Assembly (NCBI GenBank): GCA_963717435.1
Contig: OY970332.1
Location: 352,001-416,000, forward strand
Source of the DNA: an uncultured bacterium
GTDB taxonomy: Bacteria > Babelota > Babeliae > Babelales > Babelaceae
Reading direction: 5' to 3'
Length of the DNA: 64,000 nt
The position numbers and the translations under genes are program-made. The notes below the pieces were generated by a model. The model ran no database searches. It worked only from the letters and a program-made list of their open reading frames with translations, and had not been told where the DNA came from. Each line of letters starts with the position of its first letter. Position 1 is the stretch's first letter. Positions 43,181 to 52,266 of this stretch are shown here, piece by piece.

Positions 43181-43834
43181 TCAATTAGAAATAGATCTTA
43201 GTATTATTAAAAGGCTAAAACCGATCCAGACTCCATACCACCTCTCTCGGTTTTCGGCGCGTTTTTCTTCTTTCAATTTATTTGTCTTTTTATTCTCTTT
43301 TTCTTCTTCTAGTTGACGCTGAGCCTCTTCAGTCTGGTATTTTGACAACTCAAAAATGAATGTCCTAATTTTTCTCAGATTCTTATTTTCTGGGCAATCA
43401 TGTTTTATATATCTCAATATTTCTAACATATTTTTAGGCGATAGGTTTGCGCCTTCTTCCAAATCAATTATGTTTTTTAAATTTCTTAATGCTTCTAACC
43501 CATCTGGTTTATTTTTTATTTCTTCAAAGAAGGCGAGCAATTTTAATGCCGCCTCAGGCTCAATAGAATATCTGAATCTTTCATCTATTTCCTTATAAGT
43601 AATAAAATTTTTGTCTCTGTTAGACTTATGATTCTTAATAGTAGAAAAATCTCTTATTAAAATAAGTGGCTTGGGCCCGATAATATTATTTAAATTATTT
43701 TTTTGATTTAAATAACCTAGATTATTCAGTTTTAATTTATTTAAGCTCTTTAAAGCTTGTGGTCCCCTCAACATAGAAAAACTATTAAAACTTAAAAATA
43801 AACCCGTAAATAACAAAACTTTTGTAAAATTCAT
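43181..43834 (-). CDS. Exported protein: signal peptide + presequence-like segment + C-terminal TM (paralogue B)
   Basis: Tandem paralogue of 42475..43134. Confidence 0.75.
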   Translation of the reverse strand: MNFTKVLLFTGLFLSFNSFSMLRGPQALKSLNKLKLNNLGYLNQKNNLNNIIGPKPLILIRDFSTIKNHKSNRDKNFITYKEIDERFRYSIEPEAALKLLAFFEEIKNKPDGLEALRNLKNIIDLEEGANLSPKNMLEILRYIKHDCPENKNLRKIRTFIFELSKYQTEEAQRQLEEEKENKKTNKLKEEKRAENRERWYGVWIGFSLLIILRSISN

Positions 43835-43945
43835 AAAGTACCCTGAAGCTAAAAAATTTATTTAATTTAAGTAATTTTACTAGACATACATAATATATTT
43901 TTTCAATAATAAGCAAAGTTATATAGCTATTAAAAGTAATAAACT

Positions 43946-44035
43946 CATCCCTCGATACTTTCTACTTCGCCAAGGCTCCGTAGAATACTCCCAGGCTTCG
44001 TGCAAGACTTCGCCGGGCGCGGAGGGACGAGCGGG
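43946..44035. repeat. Palindromic repeat element (copy 7) with nested insert
   Basis: catccctcgatac...tactc[ccaggcttcgtgcaagacttcgccgggcgcgg]agggacgagcggg. Confidence 0.85.
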
Positions 44036-44089
44036 GGAAATAAATTTTTAGTAATAAGTATGGTTAAAAAAGTTAATGGGAAAAAGGTA

Positions 44090-46018
44090 ATGGATATAAA
44101 TTTTTTAAAATATAAAGCTTATAAGTTAAGAGAGTTATCAATTAAAGCAACAACGCAAGCGGGCAGTGGGCACCCAACTTCATGTCTTTCAGCAGCAGAT
44201 ATAGTCGCAGTTTTATTTTTTGATGTCATGAAATATGACCCACAAAATCCCAAAAATATTAATAACGACAGATTTATTTTATCAAAAGGGCATGCGGCGC
44301 CGTTATTATATGCCGCCTGGGAACAAGTTGGTGTAATCACAGAAAAAGATCTATTAACTTTAAGACAGTTCGATTCAAATTTAGAAGGTCACCCGACGCC
44401 AAGATTTAAATACAACGAAGCAGCAACCGGGTCACTGGGCATGGGCCTATCAATTGGTGCGGGATTTGCTCTCAGCGCAAAATTAAATGGGTTAGACTTC
44501 AAAACTTATGTGCTTATGGGTGATGCAGAAATCGCCGAAGGACAAATTTGGGAAGCAGCAGAAATCTCTACGCATTATAAACTTGATAACTTAATTGGCA
44601 TTGTCGACGTTAACAGACTTGGTCAAAGCACAGAAAACTTAGACGACCATAATTTAAATAAAATAAAAAACAAATTTGATGCTTTTGGTTGGCAGACTTT
44701 TGAAGTTAATGGACATGAAGTTAAAGAACTGGTTGAAGTTTTTGCGGCAGCACAAAAAATTAAAAATAAACCCGTTATGATTCTTGCCAAAACTTTTAAG
44801 GGTCACGGGATCTCCGATGTCGAAAACAAACTTGGTTTTCATGGCAAAGTTTTCCCTCAAAAAGATCTTGCTAAGATTCTTGATGAACTTAAAAATAGAT
44901 TTAAAAAAGATTCTGAGTATCAGGAAAATAGTAATTGGGAGCCTGAGAAGCCCGACCGGTCAACCGGACAACTAACCGCTCGTCCCGAGTGTTTTCAGAG
45001 TGCAAGCGAAGAAAATGTATCGAGGGATGGCGGCAAAAACCATGGCGAGAGCGCGATAAAATTACCAAGCCCGGAATATAAAGTTGGCGAACAGATCCCA
45101 ACAAGAAAAGCATACGGACAGGCACTGGCGCAACTGGGCAAAGTTTGTGAGCAAGTTGTAAGTTTAGATGGTGATGTTAAAAACTCTACGTTTGCAGAGA
45201 TATTTGAGGCTGCATTTCCAAAAAGATTCTTTCAGTGTTTTGTGGCAGAACAAAATATGGTCAGCATGGCAGTTGGGCTTGCAAGCAGAGGCAAGTTGCC
45301 ATTTGTTTCGACTTTCGCAAGCTTTATAACCAGGGCGCATGACCAAATCAGAATGGCGGCAATTGGCAGATCCAATATAAAAATAGTCGGATCCCATGCC
45401 GGGGTTTCTATCGGGGAAGATGGGCCATCTCAAATGGGGCTAGAGGATATAGCTTTAATGCGCACTGTTCCTGAGTCTGTAATATTATACCCGTGCGATG
45501 CTGTGAGCACCCAAAATTGCGTAGAACTAATGGCAAATTACAATTCCGGAATTAGTTATTTAAGAACAACAAGAGGGGCAACTGCTTGCATTTATGACCC
45601 ATCAGAAAAATTTGAGCTTGGTGGGTTTAAAGTTTTAAAAAAATCGTCCCAAGATTTGGTTTGCATAATAGCAGCAGGAATTACAGTTTTTGAAGCTTTA
45701 AGGGCTCACGAACTTTTAGACAAGAAAGGGATAAAAGCACGGATAATAGATCTTTATTGTGTAAAGCCAATAAACGCGCAAACACTAGCAAAAGAAATTT
45801 CAGAATCATCAGGCAGGTTAATAACGGTCGAGGACAGCTATATTGAGGGAGGAATTGGGGAGGCTATATGCACGGCTCTAAAAAACAGATCTTTTTATAT
45901 AGAACACATGGCTGTAACCAAATTGCCAAGATCAGGTTCTCCTGAGGAACTATTGGCATTTGAGGAAATAGATCATCAGTCGATTATTAATATGACAGAA
46001 AGAATGGTAAAGCAGTAA
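44090..46018 (+). CDS. tkt: Transketolase (animal-type subfamily) with in-frame repeat in the interdomain linker
   Basis: [20 protein letters not shown], GDAE...[21 protein letters not shown]. Start reassigned to ATG 44090. Confidence 0.92.
   Translation: [642 protein letters not shown]
44976..45029. repeat. Palindromic repeat element (copy 8), inside tkt
   Basis: ccgctcgtcccgagtg-ttttcagagtgcaagcgaagaaaat-gtatcgagggatg. Confidence 0.9.
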
Positions 46019-46120
46019 TAAGAGCAAAAAAAATTTATAAATTAAGAAAACTATAAAACTATTGAAGTTAGCATTAACATAAGATCATACTTGTAATTAG
46101 AAAAGACTAGGAGTTTTGAC

Positions 46121-46555
46121 ATGGAAGATCAAATATTTTACTGGCTATCATTTTTTATATTTTTAGTAATATTTGAAATAGGTAAAACCAAAAAAAATCT
46201 GCGTCTTGCTATAATAATTTCAGCATTGGTGCCAGTTGTTGTCAGTTTTTGTGGATTTAAATTTGATCTGCAACTTGCAGCTTTTGTATTATCTACCGCA
46301 GTTACTTATTTTGTACTCAGAAGTCTTGAGAATAAAAACAAAATTGATAATAATTTTGAACTTTTAGAATTGCATGGAAAAAGGGGAATTGTCACAGAAC
46401 CATTAACGCCGTTTAAGTATGGATTTGTAAAAATTGATGGCCATGTTTGTCCTGCACAATCACTCAGAAATACGTCAATTGAAGTAGGCGCACTAGTTGA
46501 AGTTATAGGAGCTTCAAGCTGCCACATCGTGGTTGAAAAGATCCACGAGTATTAA
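46121..46555 (+). CDS. NfeD-like membrane protein (short form)
   Basis: N-terminal TM helices, then OB-fold GKRGIVTE...GFVKIDG...IEVGALVEVIG. Confidence 0.75.
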   Translation: MEDQIFYWLSFFIFLVIFEIGKTKKNLRLAIIISALVPVVVSFCGFKFDLQLAAFVLSTAVTYFVLRSLENKNKIDNNFELLELHGKRGIVTEPLTPFKYGFVKIDGHVCPAQSLRNTSIEVGALVEVIGASSCHIVVEKIHEY

Positions 46556-46571
46556 AAAAAGGGGAAAGTGT

Positions 46572-47543
46572 ATGTTTGGGGCAAGTTTTTTATTAAAAAA
46601 TAGATTTAGATTTATTACATGCTTAATAATTATTAATATATTTTTGTCAGATTTTAATAATATTATTGCAGATAAAATAGAACTGTCCCCAGAAAATCTT
46701 GAACAAAAATCTGTACCAGCAGTAACACAAGCAACATCAGTACCAGCAGCAAAAAGAAAAGCCAGAACAATAACAATATTTGTTCATGGCTCAATTTTAA
46801 AACTGCCAATCTTGTGGCGCGCAAAAAAGGGCTGCGTAAACGGGCTCGTGCAATATTCTGATATCTGCGACGAATGTGGTTACAAAAAAGTATTGAAACA
46901 TCTTAACGAAGTTGATCCCAATAATTACAGGGCAGAAGATAATTATATGTTCGGTTGGTCGGGTAGCTTGCGATCAGGACGAGGGGAAGAAGCTTCGATA
47001 CAACTTTATGATCAACTTGCAGGACTCGTAGAAGAATATAAAAATAAGTACGGCTATATACCAAATATAAGAATTATAACTCATAGTAATGGCGCCCGGA
47101 TCGCTTTATATTTGGGAAAAACTGCAAAAAGACGAAATAATAAAAACTTCAGGGTCCAAGAAGTAATCATGCTTGCGTGTCCAGTTCAACATATAACAAG
47201 TAAGCTAATACCACAAAGATGCTTCCGAAAAATATATTCGCTTTATTCACTTTCTGATTGGGTCCAAATAATCGCACCACAAAGCTATAAAAAATTTAAG
47301 AAAAAAGAATGCAAAAAATGCTTATCTCCATTCTTTTCAAGCAGATTCTTCCCTGATTACCCTAATTTAATTCAGGCAAAAATCAGGGTAAATAATCGTG
47401 GGATATCACACTCAGGATTCTTAAGACATAAGTTTATAAGAAAACTTCCACAAGTTATTAACGAGCTTGATAATTTGTGGGATAATCCAACACCAAGTTG
47501 TGAAAAAAACAAACCCTGCAGCGTAATAATGGTTAAAGTTTAA
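46572..47543 (+). CDS. Exported alpha/beta hydrolase (lipase-like)
   Basis: IFVHGS, ITHSNG nucleophile elbow, MLACP, YSLSDWV, SH. ATG 46572 follows a GGGG RBS. Confidence 0.7.
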   Translation: MFGASFLLKNRFRFITCLIIINIFLSDFNNIIADKIELSPENLEQKSVPAVTQATSVPAAKRKARTITIFVHGSILKLPILWRAKKGCVNGLVQYSDICDECGYKKVLKHLNEVDPNNYRAEDNYMFGWSGSLRSGRGEEASIQLYDQLAGLVEEYKNKYGYIPNIRIITHSNGARIALYLGKTAKRRNNKNFRVQEVIMLACPVQHITSKLIPQRCFRKIYSLYSLSDWVQIIAPQSYKKFKKKECKKCLSPFFSSRFFPDYPNLIQAKIRVNNRGISHSGFLRHKFIRKLPQVINELDNLWDNPTPSCEKNKPCSVIMVKV

Positions 47544-47572
47544 AAAATCAATTTTTAAGGTTTAAGGGAAAG

Positions 47573-49213
47573 TTGATGAATAGTTTTAAAAAAATATTAT
47601 TTTTAATAAGTTTAGCTGCAATAAATTATAACTTAAATGCTTGGATCGCTGAGCTAAGAATAGAAAATGAAACAGAGTATCCCATTGATGTCCATGTTGA
47701 AACTAAAACAACATTTAATGATTATAATATAGAGCATAATAGAATACTTGATCTAAAACCATTGGAATCGGAGAATCTTAAGAAATTCACAATCAAATAT
47801 TCACCTAAGTATTCATCATACTTGTCAGGCAAAATGAGCCCTCTTGATATAGCAAAAAACATTGAAGAGATAGTTGAAGAGCAAAAGAATATTCACGTCG
47901 ATAATAAGTTAAAAATTCAGATAAAAGAAAATAAAGGGTGGACGCCAAAGGTTGGAGGTTATGGCCTTGTCCCTGAAATCAGTACTAATCAATTAAATGT
48001 TGGCACCGTTTCAATAGACGCTGAGGTTACAATCGAGGGCTTCAACCAAAAAACAAGTTTAGGCCATCAAGATTATAAAATAGATCAAAATCTTAGGACA
48101 TTCAAAGACATTGTAAATCTTATCATCCAGGATTATAAAACTAAAAAACTAAATTCTTACTATTATACTGTCACAGTATATAAATCATCCGGAAAACTCA
48201 TGAGACTTAAGCAAGAAGATTTAAATAAAACTTTAAAGGAATTCGGTTTTATTTATCCGGATACCATTGATATTTATTTTCATGAGACAAAGGAAATGCC
48301 TTTAATTAATTTAAGGGCTTCCATCGTATCGTCAGATTACCCCAAAAAGCCAAAAACAGAACAAATTACTATAGATAAATGGGACAGCCTAGAAAAATTA
48401 ATAAGGGTTCTTTCGGATGCTCATCAGGGATTTGCCAGACTAAAAAAAGATAACAATTATCAAATTAAGTTTGGTGACAAGACATATAAAGGTCCACTAA
48501 ATAGGAGTTTAGGCGAATTAAAATTGAGTGACAATGATGTTATAACATTCATATACCCCTTTATAACTATAAAGTGCAATTTAGTTGAAGTAGAACAAGT
48601 CCCTTCTTTCAGACAACCGAATAAAACTATAAAAGATTCAATTTATATTGCTATTGAAGGTGATAAAACCTTTGGAGAATTAGAACAAAAAATTAAAAAA
48701 GAATCTAAGATTTTTTCAAAAACATTTAGTGAATTAAGATCATTAGACAAACTATATTATGTAGAATTTAATGGCAAAAACAGAGCAGAATATGAAATTT
48801 CAAGCGATGAGACATTATATTCGTTGGGCATAAAAGACAATTCTTTAATCATTTTTAACTATTATGTGGAACAAAAATCCACTTCCAAAACTCAAGGACC
48901 CCAAAAATCTGCGCAGCAATTAGCAAATAGCCCGTACTACATACTTGGCCTTCCTGACAAAGCGGATGATGCTCAAATACTTGGTTTAACTGAGGAACAG
49001 TTAAAAAATAAATCTGAAGTAAAAAAAGCATACTATAAATTAGCGGTGATCTGGCATCCCGATAAAAGAACAACTAATGAGATTGCAATAAAGCGTTATT
49101 CTGATCCAGAAGTTTTAAAAGCTATTGGACCCGATCCTGATGGCAAAAAAATTAAAGCTTTGTCAGAAGAAGTGTTTAAGCTTATTTCTAACGCTTATGA
49201 TCGTAACAATTAA
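47573..49213 (+). CDS. Exported ubiquitin-like-repeat / J-domain protein 1
   Basis: Signal peptide; Ubl-like repeats ending KTLKEFGF, RSLGELKL, ETLYSLGI; J-domain PYYILG...KKAYYKLAVIWHPDK...FKLISNAY. Confidence 0.8.
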   Translation: MMNSFKKILFLISLAAINYNLNAWIAELRIENETEYPIDVHVETKTTFNDYNIEHNRILDLKPLESENLKKFTIKYSPKYSSYLSGKMSPLDIAKNIEEIVEEQKNIHVDNKLKIQIKENKGWTPKVGGYGLVPEISTNQLNVGTVSIDAEVTIEGFNQKTSLGHQDYKIDQNLRTFKDIVNLIIQDYKTKKLNSYYYTVTVYKSSGKLMRLKQEDLNKTLKEFGFIYPDTIDIYFHETKEMPLINLRASIVSSDYPKKPKTEQITIDKWDSLEKLIRVLSDAHQGFARLKKDNNYQIKFGDKTYKGPLNRSLGELKLSDNDVITFIYPFITIKCNLVEVEQVPSFRQPNKTIKDSIYIAIEGDKTFGELEQKIKKESKIFSKTFSELRSLDKLYYVEFNGKNRAEYEISSDETLYSLGIKDNSLIIFNYYVEQKSTSKTQGPQKSAQQLANSPYYILGLPDKADDAQILGLTEEQLKNKSEVKKAYYKLAVIWHPDKRTTNEIAIKRYSDPEVLKAIGPDPDGKKIKALSEEVFKLISNAYDRNN

Positions 49214-49271
49214 GCAAATTAGTTTTAGTATTATAAACAAAACAAAGTTTTAGTTTAGTGAAAGAGGATCC

Positions 49272-50639
49272 ATGAAAAATATTAAAAAAATATTATTTTT
49301 AATAAGTTTTGTCCTGTTAAACACAAATATAAATTCAAATATAGACGTCACTGTTAAATTGCAAGGCATTACAGGTGAAGATATAGAGACAAAAAGTTTT
49401 CCAATCTCAGATACGAATACTTTGCAAAACTTCATAAACAAATTCTTTTCTCTATCCAAAAAACTTAACAAATTTGACAAAGATAATTTGTATTTTATGA
49501 AAATTGATGACAATGAAATAATGTACGATCATAGCAAAAATAAACCATTAGCAGATCTTGGTGTACGAAATAATTCTATAATAGTTTTAATATATAATTA
49601 TTCTAGATCAGACAGCTCGCAAAAACCAAAAGCCAAAACCTCTTTTGAAAGTAAAAATATCAAAAAGATAGACGTTACTGTTAAATTGCAACCCATTATG
49701 GGGCAAAATATAGAGACAAAAGTTTTTTCAATCCTACCTACGGATTCTTTGGAGACTTTGATCAATACATTCTTCTCGCTATCGGAAGCATTTGATAAAT
49801 TTGAAGAATATCTTTTGTATGATATTACAATTGATGGCAATCGAATAGATTATACTTATTATAACAAAAATAGATCATTAGCAGATCTTGGCGTACAAAA
49901 TGATTCTACAATAGTTTTAAAATATTATGATAATTCGAGATCAGGCAGCTCGCAAAAACCAAAAGCCAAAACCTCTTTTGAGAGCAGAATAACCGTTTAT
50001 GTAACATTGATAGAAAGAGTGGGGGCAGCCGCTGTAACAAAAGAGAATAAAATTTATAAAATTTCAAATCAAAAAAGCTTAAGGGATCTGCTTAATGCTT
50101 ACTCATCAAAATCTTCAATTTGGGATTATATAAAATCAGCAAACATGCCTTACTCAATTTATGTTGATGGCCGCCTAATAACTCAATATGATTACTCAAA
50201 AACTTTAGACGCTTTGGGTGTAGAAGACGATTCAAAGATAAATATTGAATATGAAGGCGTTTCCGAAAAACCGCGCGCCCAAAGACCTTATGAATATTAT
50301 CCTAAACAAGAACAGCCACAAAAAACTCAACAACCTGCGCAGCAATTAACAATTAGCCCATACTACATACTTGGCATTCCTGATAAAGCAGGTGATGCTC
50401 AAATACTTGGTTTAACACGAGAGCAGCTAAGAGATAAATCTGAAGTTACAAAGGCTTACAGAAAATTAGCGCTGATCTGGCACCCCGATAAAAGAACAAC
50501 TAACGAGATTGCAAACAAACGTTATTCTGATCCAGAACTTTTAAAAGCTATTGGACCCGATCCTGATGGCAAAAAAATTAAAGCTTTATCAGAAGAGGTG
50601 TTTAAGCTTATTGCTAACGCTTATGATCGTAACAATTAA
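49272..50639 (+). CDS. Exported 3x ubiquitin-like / J-domain protein 2
   Basis: Signal peptide; IDVTVKLQ...LADLGVxNxSxIVLxY twice, plus a third divergent repeat; HPD J-domain. Confidence 0.85.
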   Translation: MKNIKKILFLISFVLLNTNINSNIDVTVKLQGITGEDIETKSFPISDTNTLQNFINKFFSLSKKLNKFDKDNLYFMKIDDNEIMYDHSKNKPLADLGVRNNSIIVLIYNYSRSDSSQKPKAKTSFESKNIKKIDVTVKLQPIMGQNIETKVFSILPTDSLETLINTFFSLSEAFDKFEEYLLYDITIDGNRIDYTYYNKNRSLADLGVQNDSTIVLKYYDNSRSGSSQKPKAKTSFESRITVYVTLIERVGAAAVTKENKIYKISNQKSLRDLLNAYSSKSSIWDYIKSANMPYSIYVDGRLITQYDYSKTLDALGVEDDSKINIEYEGVSEKPRAQRPYEYYPKQEQPQKTQQPAQQLTISPYYILGIPDKAGDAQILGLTREQLRDKSEVTKAYRKLALIWHPDKRTTNEIANKRYSDPELLKAIGPDPDGKKIKALSEEVFKLIANAYDRNN

Positions 50640-50697
50640 GTAAATTAGTTTTAGTATTATAAATAAAACAAAGTTTTAGTTTAGTGAAAGAGGATCC

Positions 50698-52065
50698 ATG
50701 AAAAATATTAAAAAAATATTATTTTTAATAAGTTTTGTCCTGTTAAACACAAATATAAATTCAAATATAGACGTCACTGTTAAATTGCAAGGCATTACAG
50801 GTGAAGATATAGAGACAAAAAGTTTTCCAATCTCAGATACGAATACTTTGCAAAACTTCATAAACAAATTCTTTTCTCTATCCAAAAAACTTAACAAATT
50901 TGACAAAGATAATTTGTATTTTATGAAAATTGATGACAATGAAATAATGTACGATCATAGCAAAAATAAACCATTAGCAGATCTTGGTGTACGAAATAAT
51001 TCTATAATAGTTTTAATATATAATTATTCTAGATCAGACAGCTCGCAAAAACCAAAAGCCAAAACCTCTTTTGAAAGTAAAAATATCAAAAAGATAGACG
51101 TTACTGTTAAATTGCAACCCATTATGGGGCAAAATATAGAGACAAAAGTTTTTTCAATCCTACCTACGGATTCTTTGGAGACTTTGATCAATACATTCTT
51201 CTCGCTATCGGAAGCATTTGATAAATTTGAAGAATATCTTTTGTATGATATTACAATTGATGGCAATCGAATAGATTATACTTATTATAACAAAAATAGA
51301 TCATTAGCAGATCTTGGCGTACAAAATGATTCTACAATAGTTTTAAAATATTATGATAATTCGAGATCAGGCAGCTCGCAAAAACCAAAAGCCAAAACCT
51401 CTTTTGAGAGCAGAATAACCGTTTATGTAACATTGATAGAAAGAGTGGGGGCAGCCGCTGTAACAAAAGAGAATAAAATTTATAAAATTTCAAATCAAAA
51501 AAGCTTAAGGGATCTGCTTAATGCTTACTCATCAAAATCTTCAATTTGGGATTATATAAAATCAGCAAACATGCCTTACTCAATTTATGTTGATGGCCGC
51601 CTAATAACTCAATATGATTACTCAAAAACTTTAGACACTTTGGGTGTAGAAGACGATTCAAAGATAAATATTGAATATGAAGGCGTTTCCGAAAAACCGC
51701 GCGCCCAAAGACCTTATGAATATTATCCTAAACAAGAACAGCCACAAAAAACTCAACAACCTGCGCAGCAATTAACAATTAGCCCATACTACATACTTGG
51801 CATTCCTGATAAAGCAGGTGATGCTCAAATACTTGGTTTAACACGAGAGCAGCTAAGAGATAAATCTGAAGTTACAAAGGCTTACAGAAAATTAGCGCTG
51901 ATCTGGCACCCCGATAAAAGAACAACTAACGAGATTGCAAACAAACGTTATTCTGATCCAGAACTTTTAAAAGCTATTGGACCCGATCCTGATGGCAAAA
52001 AAATTAAAGCTTTATCAGAAGAGGTGTTTAAGCTTATTGCTAACGCTTATGATCGTAACAATTAA
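50698..52065 (+). CDS. Exported 3x ubiquitin-like / J-domain protein 3 (duplicate of protein 2)
   Basis: Near-identical to 49272..50639. Confidence 0.8.
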   Translation: MKNIKKILFLISFVLLNTNINSNIDVTVKLQGITGEDIETKSFPISDTNTLQNFINKFFSLSKKLNKFDKDNLYFMKIDDNEIMYDHSKNKPLADLGVRNNSIIVLIYNYSRSDSSQKPKAKTSFESKNIKKIDVTVKLQPIMGQNIETKVFSILPTDSLETLINTFFSLSEAFDKFEEYLLYDITIDGNRIDYTYYNKNRSLADLGVQNDSTIVLKYYDNSRSGSSQKPKAKTSFESRITVYVTLIERVGAAAVTKENKIYKISNQKSLRDLLNAYSSKSSIWDYIKSANMPYSIYVDGRLITQYDYSKTLDTLGVEDDSKINIEYEGVSEKPRAQRPYEYYPKQEQPQKTQQPAQQLTISPYYILGIPDKAGDAQILGLTREQLRDKSEVTKAYRKLALIWHPDKRTTNEIANKRYSDPELLKAIGPDPDGKKIKALSEEVFKLIANAYDRNN

Positions 52066-52087
52066 GTAAATTAGTTTTAGTATTATA

Positions 52088-52129
52088 AATAAAACAGGGC
52101 CAAGAGATTTAACTTGGCCCTGTTTTATT
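52088..52129. terminator. Bidirectional terminator hairpin
   Basis: aataaaacagggccaag-agatttaa-cttggccctgttttatt. Confidence 0.8.
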
Positions 52130-52136
52130 GTTTTCG

Positions 52137-52225
52137 CATCCCTCGATACATTTTTCTTCGCTTTCGCTCGAAAAACACTTCCAGGCTTCGTGCAAGACTT
52201 CGCCGGACACGGCGGGGCGAGCGGG
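52137..52225. repeat. Palindromic repeat element (copy 9) with nested insert
   Basis: catccctcgatac...cactt[ccaggcttcgtgcaagacttcgccggacacgg]cggggcgagcggg. Confidence 0.85.
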
Positions 52226-52266
52226 CGTGCTTGCCCTGTTAAAATTTATATAAACCCCTAGAGAGC

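Larger units (their letters stand above)
49238..52096 (+). repeat. Tandem duplication, 1426-bp unit
   Basis: 49272..50639 and 50698..52065 encode 455-aa proteins that differ at one residue (G50211 vs A51637). Confidence 0.95.

Noticed and set aside
44000-44089. N-terminal extension of transketolase in the ORF track
   Set aside because: It derives from the repeat at 43946-44035. Homology and an RBS-like AAGG support ATG 44090.
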